Shown here piece after piece: positions 1 through 11,200 of a DNA stretch of 64,000 nucleotides. The DNA is from Clostridia bacterium. GTDB lineage: Bacteria; Bacillota; Clostridia; RGIG6154. Numbering within the stretch: position 1 is the first letter of the stretch; the number at the start of each line of letters is the position of its first letter. The stretch covers positions 128,001-192,000 of the forward strand of contig JAZNOU010000012.1 in NCBI GenBank assembly GCA_045589295.1. The letters run 5' to 3'. The notes under the pieces are model-generated. The model ran no database searches and had not been told where the DNA came from. It saw only the letters and a list, made by a program, of their open reading frames with translations. The position numbers and the translations under genes are program-made.

Positions 1-1
1 A

Positions 2-1219
2 GAAGACGAAGGCGACTTTTTGTCATTCGATAAGCTTTTCGAAGGGGGAAAAGCGGCACTTGAAACAAGTGAAAAAAGACCATACTTCCATACAGAGGTT
101 GACAAACTCAAACTTTTGGTTTACACATCAGGAACAACAGGCAGAGCAAAGGGCGTTATGCTTTCTGAAAGAAACATTACATCTTGCTGTTGCTACGGCC
201 TTATGATTTCAGACATTGAAGGTGTTTGCCTTTCTGTACTGCCTTATCATCATACATACGAAGCGGTTATTGGTATCTGGGTTGCAATTCACAGACATAA
301 CACGATTTGTATAAATGAAAACTTAAAAACGGTAGTTGGAAACCTTAAGCTTTACAAACCTAATTATTTGTTGCTTGTTCCTGCCTTTGTTGAAAGCTTT
401 TATTCAAAAATCTGGAGCACAATTAGAGAACAGAAGAAAGAAAAAGCATTTAAAATTTTAATTAAGCTCAGCAATTTTATGTTAAAACTTGGTATTGATA
501 ACAGAAAGAAACTTTTTGGCTCAGTTCATAAAGTGTTTGGTGGCGAGCTTGAAAAAATTGTTTGCGGCGGCGCACCAATCAGAAAAGAGGTTGCGGACTT
601 TTTTGAAGCAATCGGTATTGCACTTTTAAACGGCTATGGAATTACAGAATGTTCACCGCTTGTAAGTGTTAACCGCGACTATTTCAACGATCCTGCAACA
701 GTTGGCGTTAAGCTTCCTTGCATTGAGGTTAAGCTTGATGACATCAACGAAGACGGAAATGGTGAAATTTGCGTATCCGGTCCAACTGTTATGCTTGGCT
801 ATTATAAAAATGAAGAAGAAACTGCAAAAGCTATTGTTGATGGCTGGTTCCACACAGGTGACTATGGTATGATTAACGAGCACAAGCAGATTATCATTAC
901 CGGCAGAAAGAAGAACCTTATTGTATTAAACAACGGTAAAAATATTTACCCTGAAGAAATCGAGGATTATATCCAGGGCATTGACGAAGTATCAGAAGTT
1001 ATTGTTTATTCGCCAAAAGATGAAAGCGGGATTCAGAAGGTTTTAATTGCAGAAGTATTCTTAGGTGAAGAAATTTCAAAAGAGGCTTTGGAAGCTAAAG
1101 TAAAAGAAGTTTTAGCACCTCTTCCGTCATACAAACAGGTAAGTGAGGTTATAATAAGAGAAGAAGAGTTTGAAAAAACCACTTCAAGAAAAATCAAAAG
1201 AGCACAGTATAATGCTTAA
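2..1219 (+). CDS. Long-chain acyl-CoA synthetase / AMP-binding enzyme (5'-truncated by window edge)
   Basis: Motifs YTSGTTGRAKG, GYGITE, WFHTGD and GRKKN; the frame is open back to base 2, so the TTG at 20 is probably not the true start. Confidence 0.9.
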   Translation, partial: EDEGDFLSFDKLFEGGKAALETSEKRPYFHTEVDKLKLLVYTSGTTGRAKGVMLSERNITSCCCYGLMISDIEGVCLSVLPYHHTYEAVIGIWVAIHRHNTICINENLKTVVGNLKLYKPNYLLLVPAFVESFYSKIWSTIREQKKEKAFKILIKLSNFMLKLGIDNRKKLFGSVHKVFGGELEKIVCGGAPIRKEVADFFEAIGIALLNGYGITECSPLVSVNRDYFNDPATVGVKLPCIEVKLDDINEDGNGEICVSGPTVMLGYYKNEEETAKAIVDGWFHTGDYGMINEHKQIIITGRKKNLIVLNNGKNIYPEEIEDYIQGIDEVSEVIVYSPKDESGIQKVLIAEVFLGEEISKEALEAKVKEVLAPLPSYKQVSEVIIREEEFEKTTSRKIKRAQYNA

Positions 1220-1229
1220 AGGATAGCTT

Positions 1230-2138
1230 ATGACAGATTTAATAATAATTGGAGCAGGCCCTGCGGGGCTTGCTTGTGCAATATACGCTATTCGCTCAGG
1301 GCTTAGCGTTAAAGTTTTTGAAGAGCTTTCTCCCGGCGGTCAGGCGGCTGTTACACCTGAAATTGAAAACTATCCCGGAATTAAAAAAATCAGCGGTGCA
1401 GATTTTGCACTTGGGCTTTTTGAACAAGCTACAGAACTTGGGGCAGAAATCGCATTTGAGTCTGTTTTGGCGATAGAAGAAAATGGCAAATATAAAATTG
1501 TTAAAACTGCATCTTCGCAATATGAGACAAAGGCGGTTGTTATCGCAAACGGAGCAAAAAGAAGAAAGCTTGAGATAAAAGGCGAGGACGAGTTTTCCGG
1601 CAGGGGAGTTTCGTATTGTGCGGTTTGTGATGGCTCATTTTTTAAAGATAAAACAGTTGCCGTAATAGGCGGAGGAAATACTGCGCTGGAAGATGCCCTC
1701 TACCTTGCAAATATTTGTAAAAAAGTGTATCTTGTTCACAGACGTGATGAGTTTCGTGCGGTTAAAAGTCTTGTTTCAAAAGCAAATCAAAACGACAAGA
1801 TTGAAATTTTATATTCTTTTGTCCCTGAAAAAATTGAGGGTGAACAAAAGGTAAATCGGGTAGTTTTCAAAAATGTAAAGACAGGCGAATTTTTAACAAA
1901 AGAAATCGACGGAGTTTTTGTTGCAATAGGCTTGGTCCCGGAAAACTTACGCTTTGAAAACGTTGTTGTTTTAGAAAACGGATATATCAGCGCGACGGAG
2001 AATTGCAAAACTTCAAATGAAGGCATTTTTGCAGCAGGTGATACAAGGACAAAAACTGTAAGACAAGTTGTTACTGCAGCATCTGATGGTGCGGTGGCGG
2101 CAACGGCAGCACTAGATTATATAAATCAGAATTTTTAA
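1230..2138 (+). CDS. trxB: Thioredoxin-disulfide reductase
   Basis: GAGPAG FAD motif, GVSYCAVCDG CxxC, GGGNTA NADPH motif, GIFAAGD. Confidence 0.93.
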   Translation: MTDLIIIGAGPAGLACAIYAIRSGLSVKVFEELSPGGQAAVTPEIENYPGIKKISGADFALGLFEQATELGAEIAFESVLAIEENGKYKIVKTASSQYETKAVVIANGAKRRKLEIKGEDEFSGRGVSYCAVCDGSFFKDKTVAVIGGGNTALEDALYLANICKKVYLVHRRDEFRAVKSLVSKANQNDKIEILYSFVPEKIEGEQKVNRVVFKNVKTGEFLTKEIDGVFVAIGLVPENLRFENVVVLENGYISATENCKTSNEGIFAAGDTRTKTVRQVVTAASDGAVAATAALDYINQNF

Positions 2139-2140
2139 AG

Positions 2141-2174
2141 AAAAGGGCAAACTGGTACGTTTGCCCTTGCTTTT
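2141..2174 (+). terminator. Intrinsic terminator-like hairpin after trxB
   Basis: aagggcaaac-loop-gtttgccctt followed by gctttt. Confidence 0.7.
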
Positions 2175-2189
2175 GAGGAGTGGAGTTTT

Positions 2190-2315
2190 TTGAATAAAAA
2201 ATATATGCTTACAGCCATCTGGATGTTTCTGTCGGTGGTAGTTATTTATCTCCTTTTGGATAAATTCATTTTAACGCCTGTGATTAACTGGATAAAAGTG
2301 TATTTGGGATGGTAA
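2190..2315 (+). CDS. 41-aa small membrane protein (not in ORF track): MNKKYMLTAIWMFLSVVVIYLLLDKFILTPVINWIKVYLGW
   Basis: Manual translation; TTG start after gaggag/tggag RBS; one hydrophobic helix; stop lies 6 nt before the next gene. Confidence 0.6.
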   Translation: MNKKYMLTAIWMFLSVVVIYLLLDKFILTPVINWIKVYLGW

Positions 2316-2321
2316 TAGATT

Positions 2322-2936
2322 ATGAAATTTATAAAATGGAAAAGTCTTATTGTAACTTGCATAGTGTGTCTTTTGCCTATTATTTTAGGATTGGTATTAT
2401 GGAATGATTTGCCTGACAAAATAGCAATTCACTTTAATTTTTACAATCAGCCTGATAATTTTACATCAAAAGGGTTTTCGGTATTTGGACTTCCTGTAAT
2501 GATGATGTTTTTGCAGATTGTTTGTTGCATTATCAATGATGTAGATGCAAAAAAGCACGGCGACTGTAAAAATTTTGAAGCACCAGCAAAATGGTTAATT
2601 CCGTTTATGGCTGTTGTTTTGCAGACAGTAATTTTATGCTATGCTTTAGGATGGAACATTGATATAAGAAAAGTAGTTGCAGTAATATTAGGCGTGGTAT
2701 TTCTTGTGATTGGTATCTGTTTGTCTAAATGCGATTATGTTAAAAATCATGATGTAGATACTGAAAAAGCGAGAAAAATAAACAAATTTATAGGGTATGA
2801 AACAGTAATTATGGGCATTTTAATACTTTTGACAATTTTCTTGCCGCCCGTTGCGACGATAATATGGTTAATTTTGTTATTGCCTTATACTGCTTTAGGT
2901 ATCATATACGGAATAAAAGTAGCTAAAAACGACTGA
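2322..2936 (+). CDS. DUF1648/SdpI-like integral membrane (immunity-type) protein
   Basis: LPDKIAIHFNFYNQPD after the first TM helix (DUF1648 pattern); about 6 TM helices. Confidence 0.75.
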   Translation: MKFIKWKSLIVTCIVCLLPIILGLVLWNDLPDKIAIHFNFYNQPDNFTSKGFSVFGLPVMMMFLQIVCCIINDVDAKKHGDCKNFEAPAKWLIPFMAVVLQTVILCYALGWNIDIRKVVAVILGVVFLVIGICLSKCDYVKNHDVDTEKARKINKFIGYETVIMGILILLTIFLPPVATIIWLILLLPYTALGIIYGIKVAKND

Positions 2937-2940
2937 TATA

Positions 2941-2980
2941 AACCGGCTTTTAGACTTGCCTCAAAGCCGGTTCTTTTTTG
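2941..2980 (+). terminator. Intrinsic terminator
   Basis: aaccggcttt ... aaagccggtt followed by a T tract. Confidence 0.8.
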
Positions 2981-2990
2981 AGTAATAGTA

Positions 2991-3019
2991 TTGACAATTA
3001 TAAACTTAAATGGTATAAT
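2991..3019 (+). promoter_or_regulatory. Sigma-A promoter for eda-kdgK
   Basis: TTGACA-17 nt-TATAAT with extended -10 TG. Confidence 0.85.
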
Positions 3020-3058
3020 TATCTCTATCTATGAACACTTTACAAGGAGATGTAGATT

Positions 3059-4024
3059 ATGGATATTTTAAAGAAAATTTCTGACATTGGTATTGTTCCT
3101 GTTATTAAAATTAATGATGCTAAAAAAGCGGTTCCGCTTGCAAAAGCATTAATTGACGGCGGACTTCCGGTTGCTGAAATTACATTCAGAACAGATGCGG
3201 CTGAAGAAGCTATTAAATTAGTATCAGAAGCTTATCCTGAAATGATTGTTGGTGCAGGTACAGTTTTAACAATCGAACAGGCTGAGCGCGCTAAGAATGC
3301 GGGTGCTAAATTTATCGTAAGCCCTGGATTTAACCCAAAAGTTGTTAAATGGTGCGTTGAAAATAACATTTTGGCAACACCCGGATGCACATCACCATCT
3401 GAAATTGAACAGGCTTTGGAACTTGGACTTAAAGTTGTTAAATTCTTCCCTGCTGAACAAAGCGGCGGACTTGAAAAAATTAAGGCACTCTCTGCTCCTT
3501 ACGGAAATCTTAAATTTATGCCTACAGGCGGAATTAACCTCAAAAACTTAACCGAATATATGGCTAACAAGAAAATTGTTGCTTGCGGCGGAAGCTTTAT
3601 GGTTAAAGAAGAGTACATAAATGATGATCAGTGGGATAAAATCACACAGCTTACAAAAGATGCTGTTGATATTATGCTTGGATTAGAAGTTGTTCACATC
3701 GGTATCAATTCAGCTGATGAAAACGCTGCAAAAGAGACAGGTTTAAAACTTTCACAGGTTATCAGCAAGCCAATCGAAAGAGAATCAGAAAAAGGCATGT
3801 TTGTAGGTCCTCAGTTTGAAGTTATGAAATCTATGGGCAGAGGAACTCACGGTCATATCGCAGTAGGAACACCAAATGTTGAACGTGCTATTTACCACTT
3901 GTCACAAAGAGGTGTTAAATTTGATGAAGCTTCTGCTACATTTAATGCAGACGGTTCAAGAAAATTCATCTATTTGGCTGAAGAAATCGGCGGATTTGGT
4001 ATACACTTGGTAGAAAAGAAATAA
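3059..4024 (+). CDS. eda: KDPG/KHG aldolase with ~110-aa C-terminal extension
   Basis: AEITFRT, GAGTVL, VKFFPAE, MPTGG motifs; extra C-terminal domain. Confidence 0.9.
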   Translation: MDILKKISDIGIVPVIKINDAKKAVPLAKALIDGGLPVAEITFRTDAAEEAIKLVSEAYPEMIVGAGTVLTIEQAERAKNAGAKFIVSPGFNPKVVKWCVENNILATPGCTSPSEIEQALELGLKVVKFFPAEQSGGLEKIKALSAPYGNLKFMPTGGINLKNLTEYMANKKIVACGGSFMVKEEYINDDQWDKITQLTKDAVDIMLGLEVVHIGINSADENAAKETGLKLSQVISKPIERESEKGMFVGPQFEVMKSMGRGTHGHIAVGTPNVERAIYHLSQRGVKFDEASATFNADGSRKFIYLAEEIGGFGIHLVEKK

Positions 4025-4042
4025 TCGGAAAGGACGAAAAAT

Positions 4043-5068
4043 ATGAAAATTGTTACTTTAGGCGAAATTATGTTAAGACTTAAATCTCCTGGTCTTGAGA
4101 GATTTATGCAGTCACCTGCTTTTGAAGCTACATTTGGTGGCGGCGAAGCAAACGTTGCAGTTTCACTTGCAAACTACGGAATGGATGCTAAATTTGTTAC
4201 AGCGCTTCCTGAAAATGCTATTGCAGAAGCTTGTGTTAGAGAATTAAGAGGCTTTGGTGTTGATGTTTCTGACATTCAGTACACAAAAGGCAGAGTTGGT
4301 ATTTACTATTTGGAATCAGGCACAAACCAGAGACCTTCAAAGGTTATTTACGACAGAGCAGATTCTTCAATCGCTCTTGCTACACCTGATGTTTTTGATT
4401 TCAATAAGATTTTTGATGGCGCAAACTGGCTCCATATCACAGGTATCACTCCTGCACTTTCACAGTCATCAGCTGACGTTTCACTTGCTGCTGTTAAAGC
4501 TGCAAAAGAAATGGGACTTACAGTTTCTTGCGACTTAAACTACAGAAAGAACCTCTGGAAGTATGGCAAAGAAGCAAAAGAAGTTATGAGAGAGCTTGTT
4601 AAATACGTTGACGTTATCATCGCAAACGAAGAAGACTGCCAGAAATCACTTGGTATGGAAAGCTCATCAAACGTTGAAAGCGGCGAACTTGATACTAAAA
4701 AGTATGAAATTTTAGCAAAAGACGTTTTAGACCTTTATCCAAATGCACAGAGAATTGCAATCACACTTCGTGAAAGCAAGAGCGCAAATCACAACGACTG
4801 GGCTGCATGTATTTATGACAGAAAAGAATTTTATGTTTCTAAAAAATATGAAATCAAGAATATCTTAGACAGAGTTGGCGGCGGCGACAGCTTTGGCGGC
4901 GGACTTATCTATGGTCTTTTAAACTACGACAATCAGAGAGATGCTCTTGAGTTTGCAGTTGCTGCAAGTTGCTTAAAGCACTCAATTTCAGGTGACTACA
5001 ACAGAGTTACTGTTAAAGAAGTTGAAGCATTAATGGGCGGCGACGGTTCAGGCAGAGTTCAGAGATAA
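4043..5068 (+). CDS. kdgK: 2-keto-3-deoxygluconate kinase (PfkB family)
   Basis: [34 protein letters not shown]; adjacent to eda. Confidence 0.88.
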   Translation: MKIVTLGEIMLRLKSPGLERFMQSPAFEATFGGGEANVAVSLANYGMDAKFVTALPENAIAEACVRELRGFGVDVSDIQYTKGRVGIYYLESGTNQRPSKVIYDRADSSIALATPDVFDFNKIFDGANWLHITGITPALSQSSADVSLAAVKAAKEMGLTVSCDLNYRKNLWKYGKEAKEVMRELVKYVDVIIANEEDCQKSLGMESSSNVESGELDTKKYEILAKDVLDLYPNAQRIAITLRESKSANHNDWAACIYDRKEFYVSKKYEIKNILDRVGGGDSFGGGLIYGLLNYDNQRDALEFAVAASCLKHSISGDYNRVTVKEVEALMGGDGSGRVQR

Positions 5069-5081
5069 TCAAGCATAATTT

Positions 5082-5110
5082 GGCAGGGACAGGTTTGTCC
5101 CTGCTTTTTA
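5082..5110 (+). terminator. Intrinsic terminator after kdgK
   Basis: gcagggaca-loop-tgtccctgc followed by ttttt. Confidence 0.75.
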
Positions 5111-5125
5111 CTTGGAAGGTAATTT

Positions 5126-5932
5126 ATGATAATAGATTTTCATACCCACATTTTCCCCGACATAATAGCAAAAAGAACGGTTGAGGCTTTAAAAAAACAG
5201 TCAACAGACAATGGTTATCCTATCGAAAACCATTCGTCTGCCACACTTTCGGGGATTTTAGGCTCAATGCAAGAAAAAAGCATAGATATTTCGGTTGTTC
5301 TTCCTATTGCAACAAAGCCATCTCACTTTGAGTCAATGAACAGGTTTGCATCAGAGGTCAATAAACAACAAAATGTTATTTCTTTTGGTGCAATTCACCC
5401 CCAAGATGATGACTTGAAAGCACGTATGAAGCAAATCAAAGATATGGGCTTTAAGGGGATAAAGCTTCACCCTTATTTTCAGAACGTTAAAATTGACGAC
5501 ATCAAATTTATAAAAACTGTTGAAGAAGCGGTTAAAAATGATTTGATTGTTGCAATTCATTCGGGACTTGACAGTGGCTTTAAAACTGATATGGCAACCC
5601 CGAAAGATACATTAAAGCTTGTAAAAAACATTGACTGCTCAAAAGTTGTGTTTGCTCATATGGGCGGATGTATGCAGTGGGATTTGGTGGAAGAATACTT
5701 GGTTGGAGAAAATGTTTTATTTGATACAAGTTACTGCTTAGACATTATAAAAGATCAAGACCAATTTTTTAGGATTGTAAAAAACCATGGGGCAGATAAG
5801 ATTTTGTTTGGCTCAGATTTTCCTTGGACAGATGGCAGACAAAACGCACACAAAATCGACCAAATGCCGTTTTCACAAGAAGAAAGAGATGCCATTTTTG
5901 CAGGTAATGCAAAAAGGGTTTTAGGATTATAA
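5126..5932 (+). CDS. Amidohydrolase family (TIM-barrel metal-dependent hydrolase)
   Basis: IDFHTH, GIKLHP, AHMGG, LFGSDFPW. Confidence 0.85.
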   Translation: MIIDFHTHIFPDIIAKRTVEALKKQSTDNGYPIENHSSATLSGILGSMQEKSIDISVVLPIATKPSHFESMNRFASEVNKQQNVISFGAIHPQDDDLKARMKQIKDMGFKGIKLHPYFQNVKIDDIKFIKTVEEAVKNDLIVAIHSGLDSGFKTDMATPKDTLKLVKNIDCSKVVFAHMGGCMQWDLVEEYLVGENVLFDTSYCLDIIKDQDQFFRIVKNHGADKILFGSDFPWTDGRQNAHKIDQMPFSQEERDAIFAGNAKRVLGL

Positions 5933-5938
5933 AAAAAG

Positions 5939-5967
5939 TTGCAAGAAGTTCATATTTATGGTATACT
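5939..5967 (+). promoter_or_regulatory. Sigma-A promoter for yebC
   Basis: TTGCAA-17 nt-TATACT with TG extension. Confidence 0.7.
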
Positions 5968-6001
5968 GAAGTGGACACATATTTTTGAAAGGAATGGTTA
6001 G

Positions 6002-6739
6002 ATGTCAGGACACAGTAAGTGGTCTAATATTAAACACAAAAAAGAAAAAAGCGATAGTCAGAAAGCAAAAATCTTTACAAAAATGGGTAGAGAAATTGCT
6101 GTTGCAGTAAAACTAGGAGGTCCTGACCCCGATGCCAACTCAAGACTTAAAGATATTATCGCAAAGGCAAAGTCAATGAATGTGCCTAATGATAACATAG
6201 AAAGAAGTATTAAAAAGGCTGCAGGCGACGGAGATACAAACAATTACGAAGATATCGTATACGAAGGCTATGGTCCGTCAGGAGTTGCGGTTATTGTTGA
6301 AACTCTTACAGACAACAGAAACAGAACAGCATCTGATATGCGCCACTATTTTGATAAATTCGGCGGCAACTTAGGTCAGATGGGTTGCGTTAGCTTTATG
6401 TTTGACAAAAAAGGTATTATCATTATTGATAATGAAGAAGCGGCTTTGGACGAAGAAGAAGTTATGATGGATGCATTAGATGCAGGTGCGGCGGACTTTA
6501 TCGCAGAAGAGAACTATTTTGAAGTACAAACAGAGCCTAATGATTTTTCAAGCGTTGTTTCTGCTTTGGAAGCAAAGGGCTATAAGTTTGCTTCAGCTCA
6601 GGTTGAAAATGTACCGCAAACAACAGTAAAACTTGAAAAAGAAGAAGATATTATCAATATGAACAAGCTTATTGATATTTTAGAAGACAACGACGACGTT
6701 CAAAATATTTATCACAACTGGGAAGAAGACGATGAGTAG
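6002..6739 (+). CDS. yebC: YebC/PmpR family protein
   Basis: [14 protein letters not shown] start, [24 protein letters not shown]. Confidence 0.95.
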   Translation: MSGHSKWSNIKHKKEKSDSQKAKIFTKMGREIAVAVKLGGPDPDANSRLKDIIAKAKSMNVPNDNIERSIKKAAGDGDTNNYEDIVYEGYGPSGVAVIVETLTDNRNRTASDMRHYFDKFGGNLGQMGCVSFMFDKKGIIIIDNEEAALDEEEVMMDALDAGAADFIAEENYFEVQTEPNDFSSVVSALEAKGYKFASAQVENVPQTTVKLEKEEDIINMNKLIDILEDNDDVQNIYHNWEEDDE

Positions 6740-7235
6740 TTTAAATATTGTTTTAATAGAGCCCCAGATTCCTCAGAATACGGGGAATATCGCAAGAACG
6801 TGTGCGGCAACCAATACCATTTTGCACTTGGTTGAGCCTATGGGTTTTAAAATTGATGATAAAAAGTTAAAGCGAGCAGGACTTGACTACTGGCACTTTT
6901 TAGACATCCGCTATTATGATTCCACGGAGGATTTTTTTGAAAAAAATAAAGGCGGTGAATTTTTCTACTTCACCACCAAGGCGCTTTTAAGACATTCTGA
7001 TGTAAAATATCCCGACAACGCATACCTTGTTTTCGGCAGAGAAGATGCAGGGCTTAATGAAGCGCTTTTGCATGATAACAAAGACCATTGTGTAAGATTT
7101 CCGATGCAAAATGAAGCAAGGAGCTTAAATCTTTCAAATGCAGTTGCAATCGGGGTTTATGAGGTTTTAAGACAATGGGATTACCCCGAGCTTTTAACAA
7201 AAGGAAATTTAACAAAGTTTTCGTGGGACGAATAA
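6732..7235 (+). CDS. trmL: tRNA (cytidine/uridine-34-2'-O)-methyltransferase
   Basis: [32 protein letters not shown] (SPOUT). Confidence 0.93.
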   Translation: MSSLNIVLIEPQIPQNTGNIARTCAATNTILHLVEPMGFKIDDKKLKRAGLDYWHFLDIRYYDSTEDFFEKNKGGEFFYFTTKALLRHSDVKYPDNAYLVFGREDAGLNEALLHDNKDHCVRFPMQNEARSLNLSNAVAIGVYEVLRQWDYPELLTKGNLTKFSWDE

Positions 7236-7305
7236 GTTTTTAAGAGGGTGATTTTTACTTAATATAAAAATCTTCCTCTTTGTTTTTCTTTATAAGGAGT
7301 AAATC

Positions 7306-8235
7306 ATGTCTTTTACACTTAAAATCAAAAGAGAAATATGTAAAAATTACCCCAAAGACAGGCAAACAGCTTTAGCTGAACTTTTGGGGGTTATTTGCTT
7401 TGGCGCAAACATTAAGGGTACTTCTTTAAACGTAAAAATTGAAAATGCTTTTGTGGCAAAAAGAATTTTTTCCTTGGTAAAGCAGTGTTTTGCGGTATCG
7501 CCAGTTATTAAGACAAGCGGGACTAAAACCAAAAACATTTATTTTGTTGAAATTGCAAATGGAATGGAAGCAATTGATATTTTATCAGAACTTTTGATGG
7601 TTAAAAACTCACACGAGATGAAGAATTTTGTGTCATTTGGTATTGACGAAATATTCATCCCCGATGAAGAAACAAAGCTTGCGGTGTTAAGAGGTGCGTT
7701 TTTAATGGCAGGGTCTTGTGCGCTTCCTGAAAAAGGGTATCACTTAGAAATTGCAACAAACAAATTAAAGCTTGCAAAAGAACTTTTGCGCATAATGGAA
7801 AGTTTTGATATTTATCCTAAGCAAATAAGAAGGACATCCAACTATGTAGTATATTTAAAGGATTCCGAGCAGATTTCAGATTTTCTGGGCGGAATTGGCG
7901 CGACTACAGCAATGTCACATATGCATGACACAATGATTGTAAAAGAAATTAAAAATAATATAAACAGAATAGCAAACTGCGAGTCTGCCAATCTTGAAAA
8001 ATCAATGGATGTAGGGTTTAAACAGGCGACAAAAATTGAAAAAATCAAAGACAACATCGGTCTTGATTCGCTTGAAAGCTCACTGAAAGAGATAGCAATT
8101 TTAAGACTTGAAAATAAGTCGGCATCATTAAAAGAACTTGGAGAAATGCTTTCAAAACCGCTTTCAAAATCGGGAGTTAATCATAAACTTAAAAAATTAG
8201 AAGAAATTGCAGATAGTATAAAGGAGGTAAGGTAA
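7306..8235 (+). CDS. whiA: DNA-binding protein WhiA
   Basis: LRGAFLMAGS, YHLEI, NRIANCESANLEK, C-terminal HTH SKSGVNHKL. Confidence 0.9.
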   Translation: MSFTLKIKREICKNYPKDRQTALAELLGVICFGANIKGTSLNVKIENAFVAKRIFSLVKQCFAVSPVIKTSGTKTKNIYFVEIANGMEAIDILSELLMVKNSHEMKNFVSFGIDEIFIPDEETKLAVLRGAFLMAGSCALPEKGYHLEIATNKLKLAKELLRIMESFDIYPKQIRRTSNYVVYLKDSEQISDFLGGIGATTAMSHMHDTMIVKEIKNNINRIANCESANLEKSMDVGFKQATKIEKIKDNIGLDSLESSLKEIAILRLENKSASLKELGEMLSKPLSKSGVNHKLKKLEEIADSIKEVR

Positions 8236-11200
8236 TGGCATTTGTTCATCTGCACGTGCACAGTCAGTATAGCTTACTTGACGGCGCGTGTAAAATAACC
8301 GACCTTGTGGATAAGGTAAAAGCACTTGGACAGACCGCTGTTGCCATTACTGACCATGGTGCAATGTATGGTGCGGTGGATTTTTATAAATATGCAAAAA
8401 AACAAGGAATTAAGCCCATTATAGGGTGCGAGGTATACACCGCAAAGAGAAATTTAGAGGATAAAACGGCAGAACTAGACTCTGACTATGGACACTTGGT
8501 TTTGCTTGCTGAAAATCAGACAGGTTATAAAAATTTAATAAAGCTTGTTTCAATAGGCTTTACTGATGGATTTTATTATAAACCCAGAATTGATATGAAA
8601 ACCCTTAAAAAATATTCTGAGGGCATAATTGCGCTTTCAGCGTGTTTGGCGGGTGATGTACCTGGAAGGCTTGTAAAAGATGACTACGAGGGTGCAAAAC
8701 AAAAAGCAAAAGAATATCTTGAGATTTTTGGAAAAGAAAACTATTTTATAGAACTTCAAAATCACGGAATAGAAGAACAGATTAAAATAAATCCGCTTTT
8801 GTTAAAGCTTGCAAACGAACTTGGTGTGGAAACAGTTGTTACAAACGATGTTCACTACATAAATAAAAAAGACGCGTTTGCACAAGATGTTTTAATGTGC
8901 ATACAGATGAATAAGCTTGTGACAGATGAAACAAGATTAAAACACGAAACGAGCGAGTTTTATTTAAAATCGGAAGAAGAAATGAAAAAGGTATTTCCAA
9001 ACCTTGAAAAAAGCTTTGAAAATACTGCCGAAATTGCAAAAAGATGCAATGTTGAATTTGATTTTTCACAAAGATTTTTGCCTGAATTCCCCGTGCCTGA
9101 AGATTACACTTCAGAGCAGTATTTAAGACACCAGTGTGCGCTTGGTTTGAAAAAGAGATACGGTGAAAATAATAACGAGGCGAAACAGCGCCTCGAATAT
9201 GAGCTTTCGGTTATATCGTCTATGGGCTTTGTCGACTACTTTTTGATCGTGTGGGATGTTATAAAGTACGCAAAGGATAACGGCATACCTGTCGGACCGG
9301 GCAGAGGTTCGGCGGCAGGAAGCATTGTTTCATACTGTCTTGAAATAACAGATATTGACCCTATAAAATACAGCCTCTTTTTTGAGAGATTTTTAAATTC
9401 AGAGCGTGTTAGTATGCCTGATATTGATATGGATTTTTGTTATGAGCGCAGACAAGAGGTTTTGGATTATGTAACACAAAAATATGGCGAAAATAGAGTT
9501 GCTCAGATAATAACTTTCGGTACCATGAAAGCAAGAAATGCCGTGCGTGACGTAGGACGTGCTTTGGGGTATCCTTATGCTATGTGCGATGAAATTGCAA
9601 AGTTAATACCAAAAGAATTAAACATTACAATTGAAAGCTCACTTGAAAAAAGCAAAGAACTTAAAATGCGTTATGATGAAGATGATGAAGTCAGAAAGCT
9701 TATTGACACTGCAATCACATTAGAGGGAATGCCGCGTCATGCTTCAACTCATGCGGCGGGGGTTGTTATCACAAAAGACCCCGTTTCGACTTACGTTCCG
9801 CTTTATCGTAACGGCGACCTTATTTCAACTCAGTACACAATGGTAACATTAGAGGAATTGGGACTTTTAAAGATGGACTTTTTGGGATTAAGGACGCTTA
9901 CTGTTATCAAACACGCGGCAAATCTTTCGGGCGAAAATCTTGATATGGGAAAGATTGACTATTCAGATGCCAAAGTCTATGAAATGATAGGAAATGGTGA
10001 TACTGAGGGCGTTTTTCAGCTTGAAAGCGGCGGAATGAAAAGGTTTATGCGCGAGCTTAAGCCAAAAAGCTTAGAAGACATTATAGCGGGAATTTCACTT
10101 TACCGACCAGGGCCCATGGATTCAATTCCGACTTATGTAAAAAACAAAAACAACCCTGATGAAGTAACATATCTTCACCCAATGTTAAAACCTATTTTAG
10201 ACGTAACGTATGGATGTATAGTGTATCAGGAACAGGTTATGGAAATAGTTAAACAACTTGCGGGCTTTTCGATGGGCGGTGCGGATATGGTACGCCGAGC
10301 GATGAGTAAGAAAAAAGCGGCTGAAATGGAAAAGGCAAGAAATGAATTTTTGCACGGTAAAAAGGACGAAAACGGAAATGTTTTGGTTGATGGCGCAATA
10401 AGACGCGGAATAGATGAAAAAGTAGCGGGCGAGATAATTGACCACATTATGAGTTTTGCAAGCTATGCGTTTAACAAATCTCACGCGGCGGCATACGCAG
10501 TTGTTGCGTATCAGACTGCTTATTTAAAATGTCATTATCCCGTTGCATTTATGGCAGCGCTAATGTCAAGCTTTTTGGAAGACACCGATAAAATCACTGA
10601 ATATATTGAGCTTTGCAAAAAGATGGGTATGGAGGTTAAAAAGCCTGATGTTAACAAAAGCTTTTTGGAGTTCTCGGTTGAGGATAACAACATAAGATTT
10701 GGCCTTGCTGCAGTTAAAAACGTTGGAAGAAACTTTGTAAAAGCACTCACCGACGAAAGAGAGCAGGGGGGCGAGTTTGAAACCTTTAATCAGTTTGTTG
10801 AGAGAATGATAAAGTATGACAGCTTTAACAAGCGTGCGGTTGAAAGCCTTATACTAAGCGGTTCTATGGATTGCTTTGGACTTAATCGCTCACAGCTTGT
10901 ATTCATATATGAAAGGCTGATTGATGCAAAGACAGATGATATGAAAAGGGTTTCTGAAAATCAGATGTCGTTTTTTGCAGACGATAAACCGACAGAGGTT
11001 GAAATTCCAAAGCTTGATGAAATGGACCTTATGCTTCGTCTTTCCCATGAAAAGCAGACGCTTGGAATTTATATTTCAGGTCACCCTGTAGAGCGTTATA
11101 AAGAGCAATACAAACCTCTTGTAAACTGCAACACACTAGATATTAAAAGAACGGCTTTTGAAGAAGAAACTGATCTTAAAGACGGAGATTTGGTGGCATT

